Assembly: GCA_934246625.1 (NCBI GenBank)
Contig: CAKQHZ010000001.1
Coordinates: 150,001 to 182,000, forward strand
Length of the DNA stretch: 32,000 nucleotides
Source: an uncultured Alphaproteobacteria bacterium
Lineage (GTDB): Bacteria > Pseudomonadota > Alphaproteobacteria > Rs-D84 > CACZYB01
Direction of reading: 5' to 3'
Part shown: piece by piece, positions 15,878-25,653 of the stretch
Numbering within the stretch: position 1 is the stretch's first letter
Layout: each line of letters opens with the position of its first letter
Program-made: the position numbers and the translations under genes
The notes under the pieces: generated by a model
The model's database searches: none
What the model was told of the DNA's origin: nothing
The model's input: the letters and a program-made list of their open reading frames with translations, nothing else

Positions 15878-17926
15878 ATGATTAAAAATCCGATTTTATC
15901 ATCAAAGTTTAATAAATTATCATCTGATGAACCTGCTGGGTTTAAAATGAAAACAAATTTTACACCAAGTGGAGATCAGCCAACTGCAATTAACGAACTT
16001 GTTCAGGGATTAAAAGATGGTAAAAGGAATCAAGTTTTGTTGGGTATTACAGGAAGTGGTAAAACCTTTACCATGGCAAATGTTATTCAAAAAATGCAAG
16101 TGCCTGCTTTGATTATGGCACCGAATAAAATTTTGGCTGCTCAACTTTATCAAGAAATGCTTGAACTTTTTCCAGAAAATCATGTGGAATACTTTGTGTC
16201 ATATTATGATTACTATCAACCAGAAGCATATATTCCAAAAACCGATACCTATATTGAAAAAGATAGTGCAATCAATGAACAAATAGACCGATTACGCCAT
16301 AGTGCGACCCGTTCATTATTGGAATTTAGAGATGTTATTATAGTTGCATCTGTATCTTGTATTTATGGTTTGGGTTCTCCTGAATCTTATTCTTCTATGA
16401 GTTTAACATTAGAGGAAGACCAAGAAATTTCTTTGGAAAGTGTTATCAAAAGTTTGACCGCAATGCAATATGAAAGAAATGATATTGCCCTTGATAGAGG
16501 AACTTTTCGTGTGCGTGGTGATAGTCTTGAGGTATTTCCTGTGCATTTGGAAGATAGAGCTTGGCGATATTCTTTCTTTGGTGATTTGATTGAAACAATT
16601 TCCGAATTTGATACCCTAACTGGGAAAAGGACTTTGGGACTTCACTCCACAACTATTTATCCATCAAGCCATTATGTAACTCCTGGACCTGCACTTTCAA
16701 ATGCGATTGTTGGGATAAAGGAGGAATTGACTGAACGACTTTCTTATTTTAAATCTGTTAACAAATTGCTTGAAGAACAAAGATTAAGAGAAAGAACAAA
16801 TTTTGATATTGAAATGCTGGAATCAACAGGATATTGCAAAAGCATTGAAAATTATTCAAGGTATTTGACGGGACGACCTGCTGGGGCTCCGCCTCCTACA
16901 TTATTTGAATATTTACCAGATGATGCCATAGTTTTTATTGATGAATCGCACGTTTCTGTTCCACAAATTGGAGGAATGTATAATGGCGATAGGGCAAGAA
17001 AAACAAACCTTTCCGAATATGGATTCCGACTTCCTTCTTGTTTGGATAACAGACCTTTGAAATTCGAAGAATGGAATGCGTTTCGTGGAAGAACTGTTTA
17101 TATATCTGCTACTCCTGGGGATTGGGAATTGGAACAAACAGGTGGTAAATTTACTGAACAGTTAATAAGACCAACTGGACTTTTGGATCCAGAAGTTGAA
17201 GTGCGACCTTTGGAAAATCAAGTTGATGATTTAATGCACGAATGCAGAAAAGTGGCAAAAGCTGGTGGCCGTGTGCTTTGCACTACACTTACAAAAAAAA
17301 TGGCTGAACAACTTACGGAATATCTTGCCGAATATGGAATAAAAGTTCGATACCTTCATTCGGATATTGATACTTTGGAACGTATTGAAATTATTCGTGA
17401 TTTACGAATGGGAAAGTTTGACGTGCTTGTTGGAATAAACTTACTTCGTGAAGGACTTGATATTCCAGAATGTCAGCTTGTCGCAATACTTGATGCGGAC
17501 AAGGAAGGTTTCCTTCGTTCTGAACGTTCTCTTATCCAAACAATCGGTCGTGCGGCACGAAATGCAAATGGTCGTGTGATACTTTATGCTGATAAAATGA
17601 CTAAGTCTATGAGTTTTGCACTAAGTGAAACTGCAAGACGAAGAAAGCGTCAAATGGAGTATAATCAAGAACATAATATAACTCCAAAAACTATTATTAA
17701 AAAGATTGCTTCTAATATTGCAGATATGGACTATGTCGATATTGAAAAAAATCCAGTGGCAAATAAAAAGAAGTTCAAGTTTAAAAATAAAGATGATATT
17801 TCTAAACTTATAAAATCAAAGGAAAAGGAGATGTTAAGGCTTGCCGATAACCTTGAATTTGAAAAGGCAACGATTATTCGTGATGAAATAAAGGAGCTTG
17901 AAAATATTTATCTTGAATTAGAATGA
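15878..17926 (+). CDS. uvrB: excinuclease ABC subunit B (UvrB)
   Basis: 682 aa. [11 protein letters not shown], Walker [20 protein letters not shown] box (FIDESHV), helicase motifs ([24 protein letters not shown]) and a C-terminal UVR domain ([17 protein letters not shown]). Confidence 0.97.
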   Translation: MIKNPILSSKFNKLSSDEPAGFKMKTNFTPSGDQPTAINELVQGLKDGKRNQVLLGITGSGKTFTMANVIQKMQVPALIMAPNKILAAQLYQEMLELFPENHVEYFVSYYDYYQPEAYIPKTDTYIEKDSAINEQIDRLRHSATRSLLEFRDVIIVASVSCIYGLGSPESYSSMSLTLEEDQEISLESVIKSLTAMQYERNDIALDRGTFRVRGDSLEVFPVHLEDRAWRYSFFGDLIETISEFDTLTGKRTLGLHSTTIYPSSHYVTPGPALSNAIVGIKEELTERLSYFKSVNKLLEEQRLRERTNFDIEMLESTGYCKSIENYSRYLTGRPAGAPPPTLFEYLPDDAIVFIDESHVSVPQIGGMYNGDRARKTNLSEYGFRLPSCLDNRPLKFEEWNAFRGRTVYISATPGDWELEQTGGKFTEQLIRPTGLLDPEVEVRPLENQVDDLMHECRKVAKAGGRVLCTTLTKKMAEQLTEYLAEYGIKVRYLHSDIDTLERIEIIRDLRMGKFDVLVGINLLREGLDIPECQLVAILDADKEGFLRSERSLIQTIGRAARNANGRVILYADKMTKSMSFALSETARRRKRQMEYNQEHNITPKTIIKKIASNIADMDYVDIEKNPVANKKKFKFKNKDDISKLIKSKEKEMLRLADNLEFEKATIIRDEIKELENIYLELE

Positions 17927-17963
17927 ATTTTATAATATTATATAAATAATAAAGGAGGCCGTT

Positions 17964-18479
17964 ATGAGAAAATTTTTATATATACTTGGTTCTATTGCAT
18001 TTGTTTTGCTTGTTCTTGTTTTAGTAAAATATTTGACTGTATCAAAAATCGACACTTCAAAACTCGAATATGTTCAAACTGACACTTCTGTAAATTTAAG
18101 ACGTGTAAAACAAAATGGAAAGTGGGCTTTGGTTGATTTATCAAACAGACCTATAACCGATTTTGAATATGATTCAATAAGTCCATTTATTGAAAAAAAA
18201 TCTGTAATTGTTAAAAATGGCAAGTATGGTTTTATTGATGACAAGGTTAATGTTGTGGCTCCTGCTAAATATGATTTAGCTTTTGACTTTTTAGATGGTG
18301 TTGCAAAAGTTTCTGTTAATGGTAAATGGGGTTTAATTGATGAAAATGGTAATGAACTTATTAAACCTGACTATTATGATTATATTTCTTCTTTTGATTA
18401 CAAAGGTATCGCAAGAGCAGAAAATTATAAGGATAATGTAGTTGTTTTCATTGATAAAACTGGTAAAAAAATAAAATAA
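17964..18479 (+). CDS. WG (KWG) repeat-containing protein, membrane-anchored or secreted
   Basis: 171 aa with an AAAGGAGG SD. N-terminal TM/signal sequence, then repeated G-K-W/Y-G-[LF]-[IV]-D units (NGKWALVDLSNRPIT, NGKYGFIDDKVNVV, NGKWGLIDENGNELIKPDY). Confidence 0.75.
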   Translation: MRKFLYILGSIAFVLLVLVLVKYLTVSKIDTSKLEYVQTDTSVNLRRVKQNGKWALVDLSNRPITDFEYDSISPFIEKKSVIVKNGKYGFIDDKVNVVAPAKYDLAFDFLDGVAKVSVNGKWGLIDENGNELIKPDYYDYISSFDYKGIARAENYKDNVVVFIDKTGKKIK

Positions 18480-18500
18480 CTATTTTTAATTATCAAAATT

Positions 18501-18525
18501 GGAGGTTTTAGACCTCCTTTTTTTT
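18501..18525 (+). terminator. rho-independent terminator after the WG-repeat gene
   Basis: GGAGGT-tttag-ACCTCC hairpin (18501-18517) followed by T8 (18518-18525). Confidence 0.75.
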
Positions 18526-18563
18526 GCTTTAAAAACTTTTCATTATGTGATATATTTGTTTGT

Positions 18564-18965
18564 ATGAGAGAAAAGAAAATGTTTTATAAATTCAAATTTG
18601 TTTTAGTTCCTTTGTGTGTATTATCTGCTTGTTCTATACCAACAAGGGGTGAAATTGAAAATGCAACTGTGTATCATTGGGAAAATAATAATGTCGTAAT
18701 GGCAAAGTTTATTCAGGACCATAAGGCTTGTCTTGGGGTGAAATACACAAAACCAAAATCAAGAATACAAAATTTGCTTGACCCTATGACTCCATATACT
18801 ATTCCAAAGTGGGACGGAATGTGGGCAACATTTGAATCTCGTGGACACAGAGAAGTTGGGCAAAGAATTGCCTTTTCTATACCTTCAAATTCATCTTCTG
18901 GATTGGAAAGCCAATATAAAAAATGTATGATGAACCTTGGATACAGATTGACTTATAAACGATAA
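18564..18965 (+). CDS. hypothetical lipoprotein
   Basis: 133 aa with a signal peptide and lipobox (VLSAC, ...LVPLCVLSAC|SIP). An alternative start is M6 at 18579. No recognisable family. Confidence 0.65.
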   Translation: MREKKMFYKFKFVLVPLCVLSACSIPTRGEIENATVYHWENNNVVMAKFIQDHKACLGVKYTKPKSRIQNLLDPMTPYTIPKWDGMWATFESRGHREVGQRIAFSIPSNSSSGLESQYKKCMMNLGYRLTYKR

Positions 18966-18966
18966 G

Positions 18967-20478
18967 TTATAATGCCTTTCGTCTGAATGATAAAGCCATA
19001 GAAATATCAGATGGAATTACAATATCTCGTTGTTCCATATCAGCAATAGTTCGTGCAACACGCATAGTTTTATAATAACCACGAGCAGAAAGTTTTAATT
19101 TTTCAGCGGATTTTGTTAAAAGCTCCATAGCCTCTGGAATAATGTTTGCACTTTCTTCTATTTGTTTGCCTGATAAATTAGAATTCAAAAGATTATCTAT
19201 ATTATACAATTTTTTAAGACGGGCACTTTGAAATAATCGTGCCTCTATCACACGTTGTCGTATAGTTTTACTGTCATCAGAAACCTTAATTTTATCCAAA
19301 TCCCATGGATTGATATTTTCAACTTCAACAGTTAAATCAATTCTGTCATACAATGGTCCGCTTATTCTGTTTTGATATTTCAATGCACATAAAGGTGCAG
19401 AACTACATGCATGATTTGGATCACCAAAATGTCCGCATTTGCAAGGATTCATTGCAGCAATAAGTTGGAATTTTGCAGGATATGTGATATGTCCGTTTGC
19501 TCGGGCTATACTTACAACTCCTGTTTCAAGAGGTTGTCGCAAGCTGTCAAGAGCAGAAGAAGAAAATTCAGGAAGTTCGTCCAAAAACAAAATACCATTA
19601 TGGGCAAGTGAAACTTCACCTGGTTTTGCATGAATACCACCACCAGTCAAGGCAACTTGTGATGCAGTATGGTGAGGAGCACGAAAAGGTCGTGTTATAC
19701 AAAGCCCCTTATCCCCTAAAAGTCCAGCCACAGAATTTATTGTAGAAATTTCAAGTGCTTCCTTTGCTGTCATAGGAGGCAGTATAGTTGGAAGACGTGA
19801 TGCAAGCATAGATTTACCAACACCAGGGGGGCCAATCATTAACATATGATGTCCACCAACAGCGGCAATTTCCAAAGCCTTTCTTGCCATTTCCTGTCCT
19901 TTTATTTCAATCATATCTACATTATATTTTTCATCAAAGACAGGCGGAGTCATTTCATTTACAATTATTTGTGTCCCTTTAAAATGATTTATCAAAGAAA
20001 TAAGTGAAGATGCACCAAGGACATCTTTGTTTCCTGCCCATAAAGCCTGTGATACCTGAGATTCAGGGCAAATAATACCCAAATCCATTGCATTTGCATT
20101 GACAGCAGCAGGCAAAATTCCATTTACAGGTTTTACCATACCATCAAGACCAAGTTCACCAAGAATCATATATCTTATAATTTCTTCGTTTGGAATAACA
20201 CCAAGGGCAGTTAAAATTGCCATTGCAATAGGTAAATCAAAGTGAGACCCCTCCTTTACCACATCAGCAGGAGCAAGATTTACAATAATTCGTTTTGCAG
20301 GTAAAGAAAATCCCATAGCAGAAAAAGCGGATTGGATACGTTCCTTTGCCTCACTTACAGCCTTGTCTGGTAATCCAACGATTAAAAATTTTGGAAGCCC
20401 AGAGGAAATCATAACCTCAACAGAAACCTTTATTACATCAATACCACTAAATGCTGGTGTGAAAATTTTTGCTATCAT
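18967..20478 (-). CDS. comM: YifB/ComM family Mg-chelatase-like AAA+ ATPase
   Basis: ORF 18967..20520. I prefer the ATG at 20478 (MIAKIFTPAFSGIDVIKVSVEV, a typical N-terminus) because GGAGG lies 8 nt upstream. Lon-like N-domain, Walker A GPPGVGKSML, Walker B ILFLDELPEF, Cys cluster (NPCKCGHFGDPNHAC). Confidence 0.93.
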   Translation of the reverse strand: MIAKIFTPAFSGIDVIKVSVEVMISSGLPKFLIVGLPDKAVSEAKERIQSAFSAMGFSLPAKRIIVNLAPADVVKEGSHFDLPIAMAILTALGVIPNEEIIRYMILGELGLDGMVKPVNGILPAAVNANAMDLGIICPESQVSQALWAGNKDVLGASSLISLINHFKGTQIIVNEMTPPVFDEKYNVDMIEIKGQEMARKALEIAAVGGHHMLMIGPPGVGKSMLASRLPTILPPMTAKEALEISTINSVAGLLGDKGLCITRPFRAPHHTASQVALTGGGIHAKPGEVSLAHNGILFLDELPEFSSSALDSLRQPLETGVVSIARANGHITYPAKFQLIAAMNPCKCGHFGDPNHACSSAPLCALKYQNRISGPLYDRIDLTVEVENINPWDLDKIKVSDDSKTIRQRVIEARLFQSARLKKLYNIDNLLNSNLSGKQIEESANIIPEAMELLTKSAEKLKLSARGYYKTMRVARTIADMEQRDIVIPSDISMALSFRRKAL

Positions 20479-20569
20479 AAAAAACGACCTCCAATACAAG
20501 AACAAAAATAGCACATACATATTTAATTGTAAAGTATTTTTTCCTATTTCATTAAATATAATTTTATTA

Positions 20570-20598
20570 TTGACAAAAATATTTTTATGTTATATATT
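20570..20598 (+). promoter_or_regulatory. putative sigma70-type promoter of the OM beta-barrel gene
   Basis: TTGACA (20570-20575), 17 nt spacer, TATATT (20593-20598). The ORF-track ATG at 20587 falls inside this element, which favours the ATG at 20629. Confidence 0.4.
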
Positions 20599-20628
20599 TT
20601 AAACAAAATAAAAAATAAGGATAAAAAT

Positions 20629-21561
20629 ATGAATAAATCTTTTGTTGCATTGGCAGTTATTTCTTTGACAAGTCTTATTAACCCAGCTTGTGCAAAAATC
20701 CCTTCTAATCTTAAAAAAGAAGATATTGAAAATATTTATATTAAAACCTATGATAATAAAGATTACAAATTCGATGATAACGACGAAGAAATCAATGAAA
20801 CTCCATCTCTTCAAAAAGATATTAAAAAAGATACTCTTCCACGATTAAAAAGAATTTATATTGCTGGATATGGTGGTTATTTTTATACAAAAGAAAATAA
20901 TTTTGAATTTGCTCCAAGTGATAATTGCAAGGTTTCTTATAACTTTATTTGTAATAATGATAAATCAATTAACCCAATTAAAACAGAAGCAAAAGATGAA
21001 TATTTTTTAACAGGAGCTTTTGGTATTAACTCGGAAAATCCTCTTCGTTTAGAATTAAGTTATTATAAAATGGGTAAGGCTCTTGAACTTGATGGCAATA
21101 ATCAAGTCAACCTTAACACTATCAATTATAAAAGCAAACTTGATTTAGATGGTGGTTCTGCAAATATATATTTCGACTTTGTCCTTAACAGAAGAAAGCC
21201 AAGTTTTATCTTTACTCCTTATGCAATGGCTGGTATAGGTATTTCAAATATAAACTTGTCTGATATAACATTTAAGGGACAAAATAATCACGACATTACT
21301 ATAAAGGGTAAAGAACAAAGAAATAAAACTGTTATATACGGGGCTGGTTTAACTGCAGGTATCAATAACTATATTTCTTTGGATATTGGATACAGATATT
21401 ATGATTTTGGAACTATCAAAACCTCAAACAAAATGATTGATAGCGTTGTTGATAATTCCGACCCATTAAATCCGATTACAACAAACACAGAATACGATTT
21501 GGAACTTCAAAGTGATTTTGATGCACATATTGCAGTTATTGGTTTGAAGATTCAAATATAA
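20629..21561 (+). CDS. outer-membrane beta-barrel protein (OMP_b-brl / surface-antigen-like)
   Basis: Start at MNKSFVALAVISLTSLINPACA (signal peptide), with AAGGA upstream. The C-terminal ~230 aa show alternating hydrophobic beta-strand patterns with aromatic girdle residues (YIAGYGGYFY, LTGAFGIN, LRLELSYY, IYGAGLTAGIN, LDIGYRYYDFG, AVIGLKIQI). Confidence 0.6.
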   Translation: MNKSFVALAVISLTSLINPACAKIPSNLKKEDIENIYIKTYDNKDYKFDDNDEEINETPSLQKDIKKDTLPRLKRIYIAGYGGYFYTKENNFEFAPSDNCKVSYNFICNNDKSINPIKTEAKDEYFLTGAFGINSENPLRLELSYYKMGKALELDGNNQVNLNTINYKSKLDLDGGSANIYFDFVLNRRKPSFIFTPYAMAGIGISNINLSDITFKGQNNHDITIKGKEQRNKTVIYGAGLTAGINNYISLDIGYRYYDFGTIKTSNKMIDSVVDNSDPLNPITTNTEYDLELQSDFDAHIAVIGLKIQI

Positions 21562-21610
21562 GAATATAACTCTCTTTTCTATTTTCTCCTCCTCCTTATT
21601 AAGAGAGTTA

Positions 21611-21640
21611 AAAAAAGTCCCCCGAAATGGGGGATTTTTT
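21611..21640. terminator. bidirectional rho-independent terminator between the convergent OMP and ddl genes
   Basis: A6-G-T-CCCCC-gaaat-GGGGG-A-T6. The GC stem is flanked by an A-tract and a T-tract, so it reads as a terminator on both strands. A second hairpin, AACTCTCTT(24 nt)AAGAGAGTT, lies at 21568-21609. Confidence 0.75.
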
Positions 21641-22841
21641 ATTTACGTTTGAAAATCACAGATGATGATAATTTCAAATCAATTTCCTTTTCCTTTGAGT
21701 GATATTTTTCAAATCCATTTTGGATTATTATATTGGTCAAGTCCGTATAATTTATAGCATATTTCGAATTTTGCCACAAATAGAATGCAAATGAACCTGG
21801 AATTGGATTTACTTCATTTAACCAAATTTCACCAGTTTTTTCATTTGAAAGAAAATCAATTCGTGGATTTCCAGTTGCACCCATTGCAGAAAATAAAGTT
21901 TTCGCACTATCACAAATAAACTTTGTTTGCTTTTCTGTTAAATTAGGAGCAAACTTTCTTCGTGATTCAATAAGTTCTTCTGATGGCATAGCAGAAAGAT
22001 TTGTGCCCTTTTTCTTTGCCCCATTTTCGGACAAATATTTATCAGAAAATGATAAAAATGTATTTTCGTTATTTGGCTTTTCAATTACAGATGTAATTAT
22101 TTCACCATCAAGATTTTTCATTACCGCGACATTATATTCGACAAGGTTTTCAACAAATGGTTCAAGGATTGCTTCGGTATCCATTTTGAATATATCAAGC
22201 AAAGCTGAAGATAATTCCTCTTTGTTATTAACTTTGAATACACCTATTGAACTTCCTAAATTTGCAGGTTTTGCACAAATAGGATAATCAACATTTATAT
22301 TCTTAATTACCTTTTGAATATCAATAAAGTTTTCACCAGTTGGCTTTTGCACAACAACTTCGGATAAAACATTTATACCAAGAGTTTTGCAAATACGCTT
22401 TGTTGCAACTTTGCTCATATAAACACTTGATGAAAGAATATCTGCACCAGTGTAAGGAAGATTTGCAGTTTCAAATAAACCTTGCATACCACCACTTTCA
22501 CCAACATCACCATGAAAAGCAAAAAATGCAATATCAAATTTAATTCTTCGCTTTCCAAATAATGATGGATTCATAACTTTTAATGATGGAGTAATTGTTG
22601 CTTCACCAACGTGCAATGATACATTTAAAAGTTTTGCCTTTGTTGCATCGGTAAGTGGATAAACTTTTGTATCAAGTAGCAAATCCCCAGTCCACCATGT
22701 GCCATCACTTGCAACATAAACTGGAAATGACTCATATTTTGTGCTATCCATTGCTTGGATAACTTGAAGACCTGTTAAAATACTAACGTCGTGTTCAAAG
22801 GATTTTCCACCAAAGAAAACTGCTACTTTTATTTTATCCAT
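21639..22841 (-). CDS. ddl: D-alanine--D-alanine ligase family protein (long form)
   Basis: 400 aa. KIKVAVFFGGKSFEHDVSILTG, FHGDVGESGGMQGLFE, ATP-grasp motifs, and C-terminal PRIDFL...WLNEVNPIPG (R/D/E/N catalytic set). It starts 9 nt after the alaS stop, suggesting an alaS-ddl operon. Confidence 0.85.
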   Translation of the reverse strand: MDKIKVAVFFGGKSFEHDVSILTGLQVIQAMDSTKYESFPVYVASDGTWWTGDLLLDTKVYPLTDATKAKLLNVSLHVGEATITPSLKVMNPSLFGKRRIKFDIAFFAFHGDVGESGGMQGLFETANLPYTGADILSSSVYMSKVATKRICKTLGINVLSEVVVQKPTGENFIDIQKVIKNINVDYPICAKPANLGSSIGVFKVNNKEELSSALLDIFKMDTEAILEPFVENLVEYNVAVMKNLDGEIITSVIEKPNNENTFLSFSDKYLSENGAKKKGTNLSAMPSEELIESRRKFAPNLTEKQTKFICDSAKTLFSAMGATGNPRIDFLSNEKTGEIWLNEVNPIPGSFAFYLWQNSKYAINYTDLTNIIIQNGFEKYHSKEKEIDLKLSSSVIFKRK

Positions 22842-22850
22842 TTTACACCT

Positions 22851-25484
22851 TTAACCTTTTATTTTGTTTTCAATTTCAATCAAAGCATCGTTTGCCTTTG
22901 TTTTATCGACACCACCTGCTTGAGCCAAATCAGGACGTCCACCACCGCCCTTTCCACCCATAATGATAGATGCGGTTTTTACTAAGTCAACAGCATTGAT
23001 TTTTTCTTTTAAATCTGATGAAACTGACACAATTACAGATACCTTATTATCAACTGTTGCAATAATTGTCATAACAGAATTTTTTGTATGTAAATCACGT
23101 AATTTATCCATCGCAGGTTTTAAATTCTTTGGATTTACATTTTCAAAAATTCCAGAAACAAAATTGATACCTGAAACATCGTGTTGTGAAATTCCATTTA
23201 CAACGGTTTCAATATCCTTTTGTGTTTGAAGTTCTTCTGCCTTTTTCTTTTCTTCAAATTCTTGGGCAAGTTTATCTTGCTCTGCTTGTCTTTCCATCTT
23301 TAATTTTTCATTAAGAGATTTTAAGATTTCGGTTGGTTTTTGATTTATATCAACACCACGAGAACTTGCAAAATCAAGTGCGTCAACATTTGTAATGGCT
23401 TCTATTCTTCGGATACCAGCGGAAATTGATTCTTCCTTTAATATCTTAAAAAATTTGATTTCTGATGTATTTGAACAATGTGTTCCACCACAAAATTCAA
23501 CAGAAACATTACTCATATTTACAACACGAACTATGTCGCCATATTTTTCACCGAAAAGAGCAATCGCGCCTGTGGATTTTGCCTCTTCAATTGGCATTTC
23601 ATTTACACAAATACAAAGTTCATCTTCAATATATTTATTTACAAGAGTTTCGATTTTTATAAGTTCATCAGAGGTCAAAGCCTTTGGATTTGAAAAATCA
23701 AATCTAAGTCCATTTTCACCGACATAAGAACCCTTTTGTGCAATATGATTACCAATTACTTCACGAAGTGCCTTTTGTAAAAGATGTGTTGCTGAATGGT
23801 TTGCCATAATTCTTTTTCTTATTGGAGCATCAACCTTTAATTCAACACTTTCACCAATGGAAAGAGTTTCACCAACGGATAAATCAATTTTATGGAAATA
23901 AAGGTTTTCCAAAGCTCTTTTTACATCAGATACAGCATAAGTTTTGCCATTCGCAATCATAACACCTGTATCAGAAATTTGACCACCACATTCTGCATAA
24001 AATGGAGTTTTATCAACGATAATATATATTTCATCATCTGGTGTTGCAGTCGCAGATGAAACGATTTCACCATTTTTAATGATTGATTTTATTGTTGCAA
24101 CTTCGTCCAATTTTTCATAACCGACAAATTTTGTGCCACCAACTTCTGCCTTAAGGTCATAGAAAATCTTTTTTGTTCCTGCTTCACCCTTAAATTGTGA
24201 TGCTTTCTTTGATTTTGAACGTTGTTCTTCCATAGCTTTATCAAAAGCCTTTGTATCAACAGTCATATTTTTTGTGCGGAGAATATCTGCTGTTAAGTCA
24301 AGAGGGAAACCATAAGTATCATAAAGTTTGAAAGCACTTTCACCACTTAAAACCTTGCCACTTGTTTTTGAAATTTCATCTTCCAAAATCTTAAGTCCAG
24401 CATCAAGGGTTGTGCTGAAATTTTCTTCTTCGGTTTTAATTGTTTGGGTAATTAAATTTTCTGCATCAATAAGTTCGTAGTATGTATCACCCATTTGTTC
24501 CTTTACATTTTCGAACATTTTATAAAATGCAGGTTTCTTTACACCAAGCATATTGATATGACGTAAAGCTCGTCTCATAATACGGCGAAGAACATATCCT
24601 CTTCCTTCGTTTGATGGAATAACACCATCGGCAATTAAAAATGATGTTGCACGGATATGATCAGCAATAACATTAAATGAAGTCATATTTTCAGGTGTAA
24701 TTTTTACACCAAGGACATCACTTATATAAGATTTTAAATTTCTGAATAAATCTATTTCAAAATTGCTGTTCACACCTTGAAGCACAGCAGCAACTCGTTC
24801 TGCTCCCATACCTGTATCAATATTTTTATTTTTAAGTTCAACTTTTGAACCATCTGGAAGTGTTTCAAATTGCATAAATACATTGTTCCAAATTTCAACA
24901 TATCTATCACCATCTTCATCAGGTGTTCCAGGAAGACCACCAGCAACTTCTGGTCCCTTATCATAGAAAATTTCAGTATCAAAACCACATGGACCAGTAT
25001 CACCCATAGCCCAAATATTATCTTCGATATTTAAAATACGACTTTCTGGAAGTCCAGATATTTTTTTCCAAAGCTCTCTTGCTTCTGTATCATTTGGATA
25101 TACGGTTGTATAAAGTTTATCCTTATCCAAACCCAATACATTTGTTGTAAAATCCCAAGCGAAAGTGATTGCTTGTTCCTTAAAATAATCACCAAAAGAG
25201 AAATTTCCAAGCATTTCAAAGAATGTATGGTGTCTTGTTGTGTATCCTACATTATCCAAATCGTTATGTTTTCCACCTGCACGAACACATTTTTGTGCAG
25301 TTGTGGCACGTGTATATTCACGTTTTTCTTTTCCTGTAAAAACATCTTTAAATTGAACCATACCTGCATTTGTAAAAAGCAATGTTGGGTCATTTTGTGG
25401 AATAAGTGAACTTGAACGAACAAGTTTATGTCCTTTACTTACGAAATAATCAGTGTAAGTTTTTCTTAAATCATTAAGTTTCAT
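22851..25484 (-). CDS. alaS: alanine--tRNA ligase
   Basis: 877 aa. Class II core (FTNAGMVQFK, RAGGKHNDLDNVG), editing-domain HxxxH / CGGTHC motifs (HSATHLLQ, FCGGTHCSNTSEI) and a C-terminal DHHA1 region (GGKGGGGRPDLAQAGG). Confidence 0.97.
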   Translation of the reverse strand: MKLNDLRKTYTDYFVSKGHKLVRSSSLIPQNDPTLLFTNAGMVQFKDVFTGKEKREYTRATTAQKCVRAGGKHNDLDNVGYTTRHHTFFEMLGNFSFGDYFKEQAITFAWDFTTNVLGLDKDKLYTTVYPNDTEARELWKKISGLPESRILNIEDNIWAMGDTGPCGFDTEIFYDKGPEVAGGLPGTPDEDGDRYVEIWNNVFMQFETLPDGSKVELKNKNIDTGMGAERVAAVLQGVNSNFEIDLFRNLKSYISDVLGVKITPENMTSFNVIADHIRATSFLIADGVIPSNEGRGYVLRRIMRRALRHINMLGVKKPAFYKMFENVKEQMGDTYYELIDAENLITQTIKTEEENFSTTLDAGLKILEDEISKTSGKVLSGESAFKLYDTYGFPLDLTADILRTKNMTVDTKAFDKAMEEQRSKSKKASQFKGEAGTKKIFYDLKAEVGGTKFVGYEKLDEVATIKSIIKNGEIVSSATATPDDEIYIIVDKTPFYAECGGQISDTGVMIANGKTYAVSDVKRALENLYFHKIDLSVGETLSIGESVELKVDAPIRKRIMANHSATHLLQKALREVIGNHIAQKGSYVGENGLRFDFSNPKALTSDELIKIETLVNKYIEDELCICVNEMPIEEAKSTGAIALFGEKYGDIVRVVNMSNVSVEFCGGTHCSNTSEIKFFKILKEESISAGIRRIEAITNVDALDFASSRGVDINQKPTEILKSLNEKLKMERQAEQDKLAQEFEEKKKAEELQTQKDIETVVNGISQHDVSGINFVSGIFENVNPKNLKPAMDKLRDLHTKNSVMTIIATVDNKVSVIVSVSSDLKEKINAVDLVKTASIIMGGKGGGGRPDLAQAGGVDKTKANDALIEIENKIKG

Positions 25485-25593
25485 AATAATACGCCTTTGT
25501 TATGTTCGATTTTTTGTATTTTGCTATTATAATGCCGTTTCAAATGAATTGTCATTAAAAAAAATAAAAATATTTAATTCTGTTATTTATAAC

Positions 25594-25622
25594 TTGCAAG
25601 AAAGCCAAAAAAAGTGTAAAAT
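25594..25622 (+). promoter_or_regulatory. putative sigma70-type promoter of the 452-aa secreted protein gene
   Basis: TTGCAA (25594-25599), 17 nt spacer, TAAAAT (25617-25622). An AAAGGAG SD precedes the ATG at 25654. Confidence 0.35.
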
Positions 25623-25653
25623 TAAGCATAAATATATGTAAAAGGAGAAAAGT

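Noticed and set aside
19411-19745. Three overlapping plus-strand ORFs (64-82 aa) inside comM.
   Set aside because: They are antisense to a well-supported AAA+ ATPase gene, and their translations have no coherent features.
20587-20628. The longer N-terminus of the OMP gene (ATG at 20587).
   Set aside because: That ATG sits inside the predicted TTGACA-17-TATATT promoter and adds a non-signal-peptide extension. The ATG at 20629 has an AAGGA SD and gives a standard signal peptide.
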